In this document: positions 1 to 12,916 of the stretch, in pieces
How the letters are laid out: each line of letters begins with the position of its first letter
How positions within the stretch are numbered: position 1 is the first letter of the stretch
Assembly: GCF_026210795.1 (NCBI RefSeq)
Contig: NC_089435.1
Coordinates: forward strand, 3,100,001-3,164,000
Source: Rhizophagus irregularis
Lineage: Eukaryota
DNA: 64,000 bases
Direction: 5' to 3'
The notes under the pieces: generated by a model
What the model was told of the DNA's origin: nothing
Database searches by the model: none
Seen by the model: the letters and a program-made list of their open reading frames with translations, nothing else
Position numbers and translations under genes: made by a program

Positions 1-541
1 TTTTTACTTTCAATTGCCCCCCTTCAATAATTGGTCTGAAAGGAATAAGGTTTCTATCAATATAAAAGAGACCATAATTCAATTTTAGGAGCCGCAGACA
101 TTCTATTTCATCTTTGTGCAATGAAAAATCCATTTGAGCTATTTGATCTTTAATATCATTAATGAAATGTGTTGGTAGAGAAGTAGCAGTATTAAAAGCA
201 TCATCAGGATCACAATACTTAATTGTATTTTCTATTATAATTTTTAATATTGCAATAATTTTACTAATTTTTTCATCATGGTATCCTGATAAACGTGATA
301 AACGCAAAAGTAACGTATGAATAGAAAATAATAAATTTAGCCCACATCTATTTTCATTAATAATTTTACGAAGTTGATTAAAAATAATGGGGTGATTAGC
401 GAAAATTTCATTACAATCAAAAAGTAAAAAATAAATCTCTTTCTCCAATCTGAAAATATCTATTAATGCACCATATTCTTTGTGTTTGTTTCTAATAATG
501 ATGGATGATGGATTATAAGTTTGAAGTTGAATTAAACTCAT
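1..541 (-). CDS. Hypothetical protein, 5' part; runs off the window start (MSLIQLQTYNPSSIIIRNKHKEYGALIDIF...)
   Basis: ATG at 541-539 followed by about 180 stop-free codons to the window edge in very AT-rich DNA; no motif recognised. Confidence 0.6.
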   Translation of the reverse strand, partial: MSLIQLQTYNPSSIIIRNKHKEYGALIDIFRLEKEIYFLLFDCNEIFANHPIIFNQLRKIINENRCGLNLLFSIHTLLLRLSRLSGYHDEKISKIIAILKIIIENTIKYCDPDDAFNTATSLPTHFINDIKDQIAQMDFSLHKDEIECLRLLKLNYGLFYIDRNLIPFRPIIEGGQLKVK

Positions 542-2169
542 TCTTCATTGAGCAATAAACTCGTGAGTAAATTACAAGAAAAAAAATTAATTATAATATA
601 TATTTTTATTTATTTTTATATACTCCTTAAATCAATAAATCAGCTCAATATTTATTAAACAAGAATCTAATGATATCACAATATTAAATCCAGGTAATTA
701 TAACTATTGATTACTTGATGTGATTAATAACGAAAAACTCCTACGCAACACGAAAAAAACGAAACGACATAAATAGATGATTTCACGTGCGATTGCACAA
801 TATTTGTTCATTAATTTCTAAGTAGGACAATAAGTTTTGGTACGACGTGAGGCAAGAGGTTGTCTAAAAAAAACCATTTATATAAATACTAAACTGAACC
901 AAATTAAAATTTATATTTCATTATTTTGTATTGAAATTCAAGCATGATTTAAATTGATTATCAATGTTAATTTTTATTATTATCAGTTAAATATGTAATA
1001 CAGTATCTACTGTACATCTCGCCCTTTTTGAACTATTATTACTAATATTGATAGGTTATTTATAGGCTTTTATATCTATCTCATTAATAAATACTAATTA
1101 TTATTAGGAACCGTGGGATAAAAATACAAACATACTTAAGCTCCTTTAATATCATTACTTTATATCATTAATTCATTATATAAAGTTATGGCAAATAAGA
1201 GCGACTTAAAGAGTTTGCCTTGATTGAAATTGTTTGGGTACGATGTGAAATTTCAGGAACGTAAAATAGATCCAAACTTTAAAATCGAACACTGGTAATT
1301 AATGTTTATTTTGTAAATGAATTTATTATATGTCAAATTCTTAAATTTACTAACTTAAAAGTTCTTGTTAATTAATTATTATAGCTTAATTCAACTTACA
1401 TCGGACCCATAGCTGGATTAAAAGTTAAAAAAGATTCCCTTTTTAATTTTAAAAAATTCGCAAGTTCCAGGCATATTATCAAATATGAAAACCCTCTATA
1501 GGTAATAAAAACATAAAATTTTATAGTCTATTTATAGATGAAAGGCAGTTGGGGTTTGCAACCCATAATTCAAAATCTATGGTTTTTAGGTGTATATATG
1601 GAAATAGAAATGTTGGGGAAAAAGTACAAATTTCATATTTTCATATAAGCCCTAAATCAAGCAAATCATATAAATTTTTTGACAAAGCTTGAAGATTTCG
1701 AAGATTGAAAAATATAAACACATTTCGCTTCTTTCCTCCTACTAATTAGTAAGCCTTATTTCAGTTATTTGACATATAGCACTAAACTTATTTCATTTCT
1801 GGTTTATATATATATTTAATTTTCATTTTTAGTTGTATATTAACTGTTGGATTCCTTTTGGTCAGGATTATATTTTATTAGTTTTATTATTTTCGAGTTT
1901 CTTCATACTGCATATTCATCGTTTCGATCGTATTTTTTCGGTTATATTTTATTTTCATTTTCGTTCGTTATATTATCGGCTTCGATTATTTTTTTTCGGG
2001 TTATATTTCAAGGGTTGATTTCGTCATACGGTATAATCATTTTCGGTTATTATTGTTTATAATTTTATTTTCAAGTTTTAATGTTTTCAAGTTTCTTTTT
2101 TTTAATTATATTTTCGGCTCCTTTTTCTTAGTTCATTTTAATACTTGATTTTATAAATAAACTAGAAAA

Positions 2170-3131
2170 GTGAGCAAAATGTTTGCTGTTAATGATAATC
2201 GAATCATATTTGGGTTTCTAGGAGGTTGTATTTTAATATTTAATTCCTTATTTGAATTCGTATGAAATGTGAGTAAATATTAATTATATCTTAAGGTAGT
2301 AACGCATTAAAAAGATATACCTTTAAAAGAAAACCCTCTGAAGACATATGATAAAATCTAATTAAAGGAATAAAATTATGAAGTGTTCTTTCCATAATTG
2401 TGATTTCTTCTTTATTCCATTTCTTAGCATCTTTCTGAATAGAAGGATGCTGATCGAAACTCCATTTAATTAAGTTATCCCATATCATCCCGTTTTAATA
2501 TTTAATTCTAATAAAAGGTTCTTTTAAATTGATAAATTTATCAGATCTTAATAATATAGCTGGTTTTCACAAATTTTATCAAAACAATAATTCCATAAAC
2601 TTGTGAAAGTTTCAAATTTCAAAGAATTTCCATAGAATTTTGTTGTAAAAAGTCGTAGTGGTAGTTAACTAAATAATCCTGAATACATTGAATTAATACT
2701 TGAACATTAAAAGTTAATCTACTGCTATCAAAAGTTTTAAAATTTCTGGACCTTGTAATTCTGTTAAATTGATCCTTCCACAATAAATAAACCTATATAT
2801 TAAATATTAAATATTATAATAATGATTATTAAAATTATTGTTACATTAAATTTTGTATAAATATTTATTTTTTTTATATTGCCTTAAAATAATTGTTAAT
2901 ATTTGAGGAGAAATGTTAGGTTTATTAAGTATAAATTTTCCATCTTTTTTATTTGCCCATTCATCAGAGAATGCCGCTCGAAAGTATTGAGACCTAAATA
3001 CATAAAATAAGTGAATGTGCATATATTTCAACTTCATCTTCACCAGCGTAAATAATAACGTCATATCCTTTATCAATTTCAAGTAATTTTTCATAATCAT
3101 TCATAAGTTCTTGAGAATAATCGAAAGCCAT
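2170..3131 (-). pseudogene. BTB-BACK(-TLDc) pseudogene, frameshifted and 3'-truncated
   Basis: MAFDYSQELMNDYEKLL..YDVIIYAGE..HS..RSQYFRAAFS and IWDNLIKWSF..LIRFYH pieces lie in different frames; paralogous to 19952-21454. Confidence 0.85.
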
Positions 3132-3957
3132 TTTTTCTTTATTTAAATGACGATGAAACACAAAAAAAAAAATAATAATAAACACAAAAAAAAAATATTA
3201 TATTTTTTTTGCGTAAAATGGGTAACATAAATAAACCATATGGTTACATCATATTTGTTGTACTAACACGTTTGTTAATTACCAAATTAATTCGACATCC
3301 AGATTAGTAATTAGGCGGACTAACATATTCTAATATAGTACTTGACGCTTTTTAATGTCAAAGTATTAAAAAATAATTTTTATCTTAAATATCTTAAGCG
3401 CACTAAGAATTTAAATTTACAAAAAAAAATAATTTTAATTTAATATAGTTGTACAAATTATTCACCAGTTTCTGAATTAAATAATTTATAACGAAACTTG
3501 ACTTAGAATTTTCCGATATATTATTAATTTTAGTATAAGAAAAACTAATAATTTTGATGATAATAATTAGAAATTTCGTTGTTAATATAACTATTATTTT
3601 TGCAGTTTGAGGATATAATAATATGCTTATTTCGAATTTATAACTTTTGCTATATTATATTAATCCTTTTATTATTACAATTTTCTATGTTATTTCCCTC
3701 GGCTGTATAGTAAATAAATAAGATAAAATCAAAAAAATTTTGATTTATCATATTTTAATTTGCTATTCATATTATTGTTAAGGTATAATGTGTGAGAAAT
3801 AAAATTTTAAAAGAATATCTTATTATATCTGATATTATTTTTAAAATGATCTGATAATGAAATATCATAAAATAAAATTTTTATTATTGATGTAATTCCC
3901 TCTTTATTCCACAACTTAAATCTTAATGGATAGAAGAACGTCCAATGTTGATGATAT

Positions 3958-4885
3958 TGTTACGCGATAAAATGCACATCCGATGTTCGACGTTATTCGA
4001 TGTTTATATGACGATCCGATATAATTTGTGTCCATGTCGATTTCTATCATTACATAACGATTTATGACCGCAGGTTGTGTACATTAAATTAGCCATATAG
4101 ATAATATTCTTTATTTTATCAATTTTATTATTATTTTTATTATTAGTTTTACATATGTAGCGATAGAATAATCATATATTACAATATTGTTTGTATTATT
4201 ATTATATTATATTATTTATTGTCTATAATTGTAATTTAAAAGATTATTGATGTATGTTGATGTATAAGATCTATAATAAGAGTTAATGAAGGATAATTTG
4301 ATTAATAATAATCAACTGATAGAATTTGTCATTCGTAACTTATCAAAAGGAGGGCTTATAATGGTTATTTTTATCACTATTATAGTAATTAGCCATATTA
4401 CCATGAAACATATTCCGTTATGTGTTTAGAACCTATCGGTAGATTAGATTTTGATATGATAATAGATGGTGTTGGAAAAAGAGATGGAGAATAGATATAA
4501 ATACCTTTCACCAACTCGTTGATAAAAGTAGAGAGGACCAAAGATTGTATTTTACCAGCTATAGTAGAAATCCTTTTCCCTATCACTTTTTATCATTTAT
4601 TATCACTTTGTTGTAAACCCTTAATCCTATCCCTTCATAACATTATTAATAAAAACCGTTATACATCGTATCGTTAATTATTGTTTCTGTGTGTTTTGAT
4701 ATATTATTCATTTATTACTCGACGTGTGTTATCATTATCGTATTTTGTAGGTGTTTATCTTGATGATTCTTAACGAACAATACCGGATAAGTAGTATTGA
4801 GTAAGAATCCCGTTGATAACCTGGTGTTTATATGACTTATTTTAACCAACCGTCGACCTTTACTTGCCGATATATTTCGGTAACA
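3958..4885 (+). repeat. 5' LTR
   Basis: TGTTAC...GTAACA; near-identical to 11176-12103; TATAAATA near 4496 and AATAAA near 4648. Confidence 0.97.
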
Positions 4886-4887
4886 AT

Positions 4888-4905
4888 TGGTGCCTTCTGC
4901 CAGAA
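4888..4905 (+). other. Primer binding site, probably tRNA-His
   Basis: TGGTGCCTTCTGCCAGAA 2 nt after the LTR; complementary to a tRNA ending ...GGCA-CCA, typical of tRNA-His. Confidence 0.65.
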
Positions 4906-4977
4906 ACTAACAAAGAAAACCGACCGTACGATTACCCCTAAATTGATTTGATAACAAAGGATAATATTTCCTATTGT

Positions 4978-6615
4978 ATGAACAATAGAAATCTCCTGAA
5001 ACGCCACGATCAGTTACACCGGACATATCCTAATATTCCCTTATTTGAATTAGCTGACGATTCTTGTCGTATTTGTCATCCTGTTCTCACAATACCAGAC
5101 CGATATTTCTTACGATTTTGGAACTGGTATTCATTAGAGATTCCCACGTTATCTTACTCCGCAAAAACAGTTCAATATTTTTACGAATATAGTCAATGAA
5201 CGATATTAAGACAACAATATCTTATTCGGAAATTGATATCAAGTATTCGATATCAAAACGCCTCGTTTTCTTACGATAAATTAGCTATCAAGATATATAC
5301 TGCTCGTGAAAGGTTTCAGAACTTTAATCTTGACCCTTTTGTCCACTATCAGCATGAAGATAAACCATTAGGATACGAACTGTCCTTTATAACACCACCA
5401 ACCTCTCCGATATTACGATATCCCAGAAATCTTCTTTTTGTTAACGAACCGTTATACCTAGAACTTCTGTTTGAAGACGAAAATATGTTGAATCTTCAGA
5501 ATAACCAAGGACAAGGACAACCTCCTAACCGGTTCAACCAAGCTCCTCAAGTCAACCAAGCAGATATACAGGCCTTGACAGCAGCCGTACAGGCTTTGAC
5601 AGGACAAATGTTAGCGCCTAATAATCTCGGAAACGCAATGAACACGTTAAATGCAACGGTAGCCGTGAATAACAATGCTTTACAAAATCGAAACCATAAC
5701 GTTGTGCAAGTACCGACGTTTAACGGAGGAAACCAAGATCCAATCACCTGGTTAAACGAGTTTAATGCAACTGCGACGGCTAATGGATGGAACGACGCAC
5801 GAAAACTACAAGTTGTCCCCGCTTATTTAAAAGGACCAGCTGCTGTTTGGTATCAAGCAGCGGTATTGGCGCCTATTAACGCTTGGGCAGCAGCAGCCAA
5901 CGCTAATAATTTTCAACATGCTTTCCTTACTCAGTTTCGGACTGCAGCAATGGTAAAAATGTGGGCAACAGAGTTAGACCAGAGGCAGCAACAACCGAAT
6001 GAAAGCGTAGATGAATATGCCTCGTCCATTCAAGAACTTTATCAGCGGGTTAATGATGCAGCGTTCGCCTACCCCGACAACTTACAAGCTCGAAAGTTTG
6101 TCTCTGGATTAATTCCTGAACTTTACATAGCGGTAAAACCTTTTGGGGATCAGACATTAGCCGATGCGATAGGAAGAGCCAAAGGTTGTGAACTTACTTT
6201 ACGATCAGGAAAAATGAAGTTATTAAACTACGCTGGTCAAACCACGTCGGAAATCACGGAGTTAACAAAACTAGTTGCAGCTTTAACTGAACAAGTCACA
6301 GAGATAGGAAAGAAGGTCACAGGAAATCGACCACCACCACGAAGCGATGGTAGAAGTTCGAATGTCCCTATGGGACCCAACCGAACGATTGTTTGTTATA
6401 CCTGTGGAGAGCCTGGGCACGTGAGTCGCAGGTGTCCGAATAACCCAACGACTACTACTAGTGGAACTAATCCTGTAATTGCATCTGCTGTAACCACTGC
6501 TCCGCTTATTTCGACTACTAATGATACGCAGAGTTTAGTCCAAGAGATATTGAAACAGCTGAATACGGCAAGTAATATGACCGCTAATAATGGACAACAA
6601 TCGTCTTTAAACTAA
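4978..6615 (+). pseudogene. gag: gag with N-terminal extension; one in-frame TGA at 5197-5199
   Basis: Capsid-like FNGGNQDPITWL...QQQPNESVDEY and zinc knuckle CYTCGEPGHVSRRC; ORFs 4948 and 5233 share a frame. Confidence 0.9.
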
Positions 6616-6650
6616 GTGGTGTATCTACGGGAGGTGTAGATGCGAAACCT
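6606..6650 (+). promoter_or_regulatory. -1 programmed ribosomal frameshift signal (T TTA AAC plus stem/pseudoknot)
   Basis: Heptamer at 6606-6612 just before the gag TAA; pol is in the -1 frame; stem 6620-6628/6636-6644; loop AGGT can pair with ACCT 6647-6650. Confidence 0.8.
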
Positions 6651-9600
6651 GATAAATCCTCTGTATCGTTGAATACCCTGTTCGAAGCTTACCCTGCTCA
6701 GCGAAAGAGTCAAACGTGAAGAGCCGAACCATATCCTAGACCAGTTGATTCGGAAGAAAAATCGGAAGAAAAAGAGCCATCAAAACCTATCAATATTCCA
6801 CCCGTTCCACATGAAATACCTAGATCTGCTGAACCAACTGTAGCTGCTGATGTAGCGGAACCATCATCCCGATTTGCTGAAAGAACTAATGTTAATAACA
6901 TCAGTACCACGACCAAGAAAAAGAAAGCTCCTATGATTAAAAAGAAAAAGAAGACGAATCTTCAACCCTTGATATCACTACACGTACCTCCTTACTCGAT
7001 GGTAGATGACATTAAAAATCAACAAGCTCGTATAACCTTTGGACAATTATTGGAAGTAGTGCCGAAGTGTCGTTCAGAGTTAATACAAGGGATACGGAAA
7101 CCAACAGTTCGAAAAATGAATCTTGGAGAACAAGAGATAGGAGAAACGGCGACTGCGTTATATTGTGATGCAACGATAAAAGGAACTGAAATTCCCCTAA
7201 TTATCGACAGTGGTGCTGCTGGAAGTATTGTGTCGTGTCAGTTACTAAAAGACCTCAAGATACCTATTGATAGACCCTCTACTACCATGATGATAAATGT
7301 GAACGGTGAAAGGAAATGACCATTAGGCAAAGTGTTAAATTTTCCCATCACTATTCGAGATGTTACCATCCCGATTAATGTTGTAGTCACTGAAGCGGAA
7401 TCTTATGCTGCCATTGTTGGAAACGATTGGTTGAGTAAAGTAAAAGCTAACATTGATTACGAAACATCCACAATGAACTTCATTTGGGATAAACAGACTG
7501 TTGAAGTACCGGTTGAATATCGTCTGATGCCTCAAGAGAAACGGAAGTTACAAGAACTTGTCGATTCTAACGCTCAGTCAAAAGAAGAATCAGATACAGA
7601 CGATACCGACGAAGAAGAAACTGACGATGATTCCATTAAAGAAGAAGAGGAGGAGTTTGAAGACGATGAACCTGAAGAACGAGTGTTTTTCACTATGCAG
7701 TTTGAAAAACCTAAACGACTGATGCATAATCGGTATCGCAATAGTAAAAGGAAAGCTGAAGTTCAGAAGCGTAATTCACTTCCGGAATCTTCAGTTATAT
7801 TAGACTGCAAGTTCGCTAACGTTGTTATAGACGCCATATATCCATGTGAAGATTTCGTATTAACTAACGAAGGGATTTACCTTGGTCAATGTTTCCATAC
7901 GTGGGGACATTTTCAACATTTGGATCAGAAGTTCAAGATGATGCCTCCTAAGAAAGCAACTTGGGTATATGATTGGAAGGGGCCGAAAGCTAAATGTTGG
8001 TGTCAAAATTCATTATACTCCCCGGAAGACGCCTGTTATTTCTGCCAAGATGATTTAATAACCTATCAATCAGTATGCCGACTCTCACCAATCATCTTAA
8101 AAGAATTGAGTAGAGGACGATGTGATGATGGAGTTGTACCTTCCGAGGAACAACGAGAATTTGCATTAACCAATCAACATTATAATCAACTAACCATGGA
8201 GAAGGTTGCCGCTGAAAATGACTGACAGTTATGCTATCACTGTGGGCAGAAGACACATCTGGAGTATGAGCAGATTACCAAAGAAGTCGAATATTATCAT
8301 ACGGAAATAGGATCTGAAGTGGAAACTACTCCTATTACCGTTAAGATGAAAGTCGGAGTCCTTCCTATTGATTTGGAGTTACCGTTACTTCGCTTTTTAG
8401 TTCAACGCCACGGTAGCTTTGCGTGGGATTCCTCCGAGTTGGGACGAACCAATTTGATCCAACATTCGATCGATACTGGTAATAATAAGGCAGTGCGAAA
8501 ACACTGGTATCGGACGTCAAGAAATGAGCGGAATTTTATTGAGGAAGAAATCCAACGGATGTTATTAGAAGGGTTAATTGAAAGATCCACTGGTCCGTGG
8601 GCTGCTCCGGTAGTCCTAGTTTGGAAGAAAAATGGAAAGTTACGTTTTTGTGTTGATTATCGAGAGTTGAATAGTATTACGATAAAAGATGCTTATCCTC
8701 TTCCTAGGATAGATGACATGCTCGACTCATTTGGAAAAGCCCAGTGGTTTACATCCCTTGATTTAGCCAGTGGTTATTGGCAGGTGGAGATGAAACCTGA
8801 AGATAGACCTAAAACCACTTTTATCACTCAGTTCGGCACTTACCAGTTCAAAGTAATGCCATTTGGTTTATGTAACGCGCCGGCTACCTTTCAACGTCTG
8901 ATGGACGAAGTTTTACGAGGATATCTCTGGAAGTTTGTAATGGTATATTTAGACGATGTTATTATTTATTCCGACACCTTCGATCAACATTTGGAACATC
9001 TCAAAATGATATTTGACCGATTAGAGGACGCTGGGTTAAAACTGAATCCCGATAAATGCTCGTTCGTAAAAGAAGAGCTGGAGTTTTTAGGACATATCGT
9101 TAGCAACAAGGGGATAAGGACCGACCCTGCTAAGATACAGAAAGTAAAAGATTTTCCTGTGCCAACAAATATTACTCAGTTACGAGGTTTTCTCGGACTG
9201 GCTTCTTACTATCGACGATTTGTACCTAAATTTTCTCGTGCTGCAACGCCTCTAAATAAGTTATTGAAGAAAGGAACTGCTTATAAGTGGACTAAGGATC
9301 AACAGTTCGCTTTCGAATGGTTAAAACAAGCATTGATAACTGCTCCTATATTAGTCTTTCCGGATTTTGACAAACAGTTCATATTATTAACGGATGCTTC
9401 GACCTTTGGGTTGGGCGCGATATTATCTCAATTGGATGAAGATGGAAATGATCGTGTAATCGCGTACGCTAGTCATACCTGTAATAAGGCAGAAAGTAAT
9501 TATTCCGCGACTGAATTGGAGTGTCTTGCGGTGGTCTGGGCCGTAAAACATTTCCATGCGTATATCTATGGGCAACGATTCAAACTGGTTACTGACCACG

Positions 9601-9749
9601 CAGCGTTATGTCATTTGTTTAATACGGCTACTCCTATCGGAAGATTGGCCCGTTGGGTCATGAAGCTCCAAATGTATGATTTTGAAACCACACATCGCTC
9701 TGGCAAGAAACATCTTAACGTCAATAGTCTATCTCGGATTAGAATCTAG
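6606..9749 (+). pseudogene. pol: pol: aspartic protease, acidic/Cys-rich linker, reverse transcriptase, RNase H; in-frame TGAs at 6717, 7317, 8223
   Basis: LIIDSGA, LRFCVDYR, YPLPRID, MPFGL, YLDD, TDAS motifs, all in one frame. Confidence 0.93.
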
Positions 9750-9839
9750 ATATAAATCTCTTATTTTTATTACCACTCTTTAACATATTTTTTTTTTGAC
9801 GCCGATTTTTGGATAACCCACTGATTTTTAACCCAACCA

Positions 9840-11135
9840 ATGGATTTCAATTTATATTTGAATATTTTACGTTATTTGGAAACTTTAGAATTACCCGATA
9901 ATATTGACTCTGCCCAACGACGCGCATTTAAATGAAAGGCCCATTATTATGTTTCGATAGATGGCCTATTGTATAAGAAGAATAAGGAAAGCCCTACTCG
10001 ACCTCTACGTGTACTAAAGAAAAGTGAATTAGCTTCTGTGTTATATAGCTTTCACGAAGATCCACTTGCAGGACATTTTGGATTTTCTGAAACCTATCGT
10101 GCTATTAGTTTATAATATTTTTGGCTACAGATGGGAAACGATATTAGAAGATATGTCCAATCATGTGATATATGCCAACGACGAAAAAGACCATTAAGAA
10201 ATGAGCCTCTTCACCCTATAAAGATCGGACAACCCTTCGACCGTGTTGGGATGGACATTGTTGGCCCATTACCTATTACCACTCGTGGAAATAAGTATAT
10301 TGTTGTATTAACCGAATACTTAACGAAGTGGCCCGAAGCTCGAGCATTACCAGATGCTAAAGCCACATCTGTTGTGTCCTTCTTTTATGAAGACGTTATC
10401 TGTAGGCATGGATGTCCGAAAGTTCTTTTGACCGACCAAGGGACACATTTCGTAAATGAACTTTTAGATTCGTTATGTACTCGACTAGGTGTTAAACATC
10501 ACTTGTCAACCGCATATCGACCACAAACTAACGGGTTGACTGAACGATTCAATCGAACATTATGTGAGACTTTGGCAAAATATTCTATGGAGGATCAATC
10601 AAACTGGGACCTATATCTGCCTTCTGCGTTGTTTGCATATAGAACCATCCGACAACAAACCACCCGATTTGAACCTTTCTACCTTACTTACAGAAGGGAA
10701 GCAACTTTACCGATTGAATTGAAGTTGTCTAGTGATCCTACTGTTAACAGATCGGATGTTCAACAAGATCAACAAGTTGAAGATTTTCAGGAACAATTTT
10801 ACCAAAGGATTCGGATGTTGATAGGATCCTTAGAAGACAATCGTCAGTTAGCTAGAAGTAATGTGCATACTAGTCAAGAAAAACAAAAACAACGATATGA
10901 TGCTCAAATTCGTCCTAGACAATATGCTATTGGAGAACAAGTATTGTTGAAGAATTTCTGACTGAAGAAGCTGGACACGAAATGGAATGGACCATATTAC
11001 ATACATGACTATCGTAATAACGGAACTTATCAGTTACGAACAATAGATGGAAAGATTCGTAAGAAATGGGTGCATGCTGACCAAATACGGCCTTACGTTA
11101 GTAGACCATCCGAAATGATAGATAATATTCAGTAA
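9840..11135 (+). pseudogene. Integrase (HHCC, DDE core, GPY/F motif); stops at 9933, 10113, 10959
   Basis: H..PLAGHFG..CDICQ, MDIVGP, TDQGTHF, TNGLTERFNRT, KWNGPY; no chromodomain seen. Confidence 0.9.
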
Positions 11136-11175
11136 TGTTCTCGTTTGCGGGAGCTCACGTTTCGATGGAGGATGA

Positions 11176-12103
11176 TGTTACGCAATAAAATGCACATCCG
11201 ATGTTTGACGTTATTCGATGTTTATATGACGATCTGATATAATTTGTGTCCATGTCGATTTCTATCATTACATAACAATTTATGACCGCAGGTTGTGTAC
11301 ATTAAATTAGCCATATAGATAATATTCTTTATTTTATCAATTTTATTATTATTTTTATTATTAGTTTTACATATGTAGCGATAGAATAATCATATATTAC
11401 AATATTGTTTGTATTATTATTATATTATATTATTTATTGTCTATAATTGTAATTTAAAAGATTATTGATGTATGTTGATGTATAAGATCTATAATAAGAG
11501 TTAATGAAGGATAATTTGATTAATAATAATCAACTGATAGAATTTGTCATTCGTAACTTATCAAAAGGAGGGCTTATAATGGTTATTTTTATCACTATTA
11601 TAGTAATTAGCCATATTACCATGAAACATATTCCGTTATGTGTTTAGAACCTATCGGTAGATTAGATTTTGATATGATAATAGATGGTGTTGGAAAAAGA
11701 GATGGAGAATAGATATAAATACCTTTCACCAACTCGTTGATAAAAGTAGAGAGGACCAAAGATTGTATTTTACCAGCTATAGTAGAAATCCTTTTCCCTA
11801 TCACTTTTTATCATTTATTATCGCTTTGTTGTAAACCCTTAATCCTATCCCTTCATAACGTTATTAATAAAAACTGTTATACATCGTATTGTTAATTATT
11901 GTTTCTGTATGTTTTGATATATTATTCATTTATTACTCGACATGTGTTATCATTATCGTATTTTGTAGGTGTTTATCTTGACGATTCTTAATGAACAATA
12001 CCGGATAAGTAGTGTTGAGTAAGAATCCCGTTGATAACCTGGTGTTTATACGACTTATTTTAACCAACCGTCGACCTTTACTTGCCGATATATTTCGGTA
12101 ACA
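11176..12103 (+). repeat. 3' LTR, preceded by a weak polypurine tract GATGGAGGATGA
   Basis: 928-bp copy of 3958-4885. Confidence 0.97.
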
Positions 12104-12916
12104 ATATCATTATATAAGATAAGTAAATCAATTGGCAATTATTTAAAGTAACAAGATTTCGCAAATTGTTTCAAGAACGGTAAATTTGCAATGTATCATG
12201 TTAATAAATTTAACATAAATTGCTTCTAGTAACTTATATTATTGACTAATTATATATCACGAATATATTAAGTGATTAGTACTTGGACACTAAATTCCAT
12301 TGCTATAATCAAAAGTTCGAGTAGTTTTAGGCCTTATAATTTAAATTTTTTTGCAATAGACGAATCTAAAAATGGAAAATAATGAATATGGCAGATATAA
12401 TTCATCTTTAAAAATATAATGTTTTTTAATTTTATCTTTGAATTTTAAAAGAAATGTAGAATGAAACTTTGCAAATTTTGGAATACATTTAATGCGTAGT
12501 TTAAACGAGTGATTTGTACTACAATCTCCAAATATTATAACATTATTTTATCATAGACGAAATCAAAAAAATCTTTTCACAATAAAAAATATTATCATAG
12601 ATACTGCATTTAATTTTACAAAATCAATGCAAAAGTATTTTCTACTACCTGTCGAAAATGTAATTTCTGTATTTCCTGCTACATCAATTTCGAATTAAAA
12701 AAATAAATGGTCATATTGTTTAGTCGTTTTACAATAATAAATATATTATAACGTGTCATGAATATACAAAGAAAGTGGAAAGAGTTCAACAATTATTAAT
12801 AATGAATAAATAAAAATTTCGTAATAAATATTCCATTCGTAATAACAAATTAAACATTTCTTCTGACAATAAAAATTCCGCCACTTAATACCTAGTGTAC
12901 AAACAATATAGATACG

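Larger units (their letters stand above)
3958..12103 (+). mobile_element. Full-length Ty3/Gypsy LTR retrotransposon, inactivated by point mutations
   Basis: Two 928-bp TG...CA LTRs; 4-bp TSD ATAT (3954-3957, 12104-12107); PBS; domain order gag-PR-RT-RNaseH-IN. Confidence 0.97.

Noticed and set aside
4398..4586. 62-aa antisense ORF, duplicated at 11616-11804
   Set aside because: Lies within the LTRs, has a non-ATG start, and the identity simply reflects LTR duplication.
5197..10961. TGA recoding or an alternative genetic code in the retroelement
   Set aside because: Better explained by CGA>TGA decay, matching the CpG differences between the LTRs.
12104..12400. Possible minus-strand coding relic interrupted by the LTR element
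   Set aside because: Too degenerate to assign a family or boundaries.
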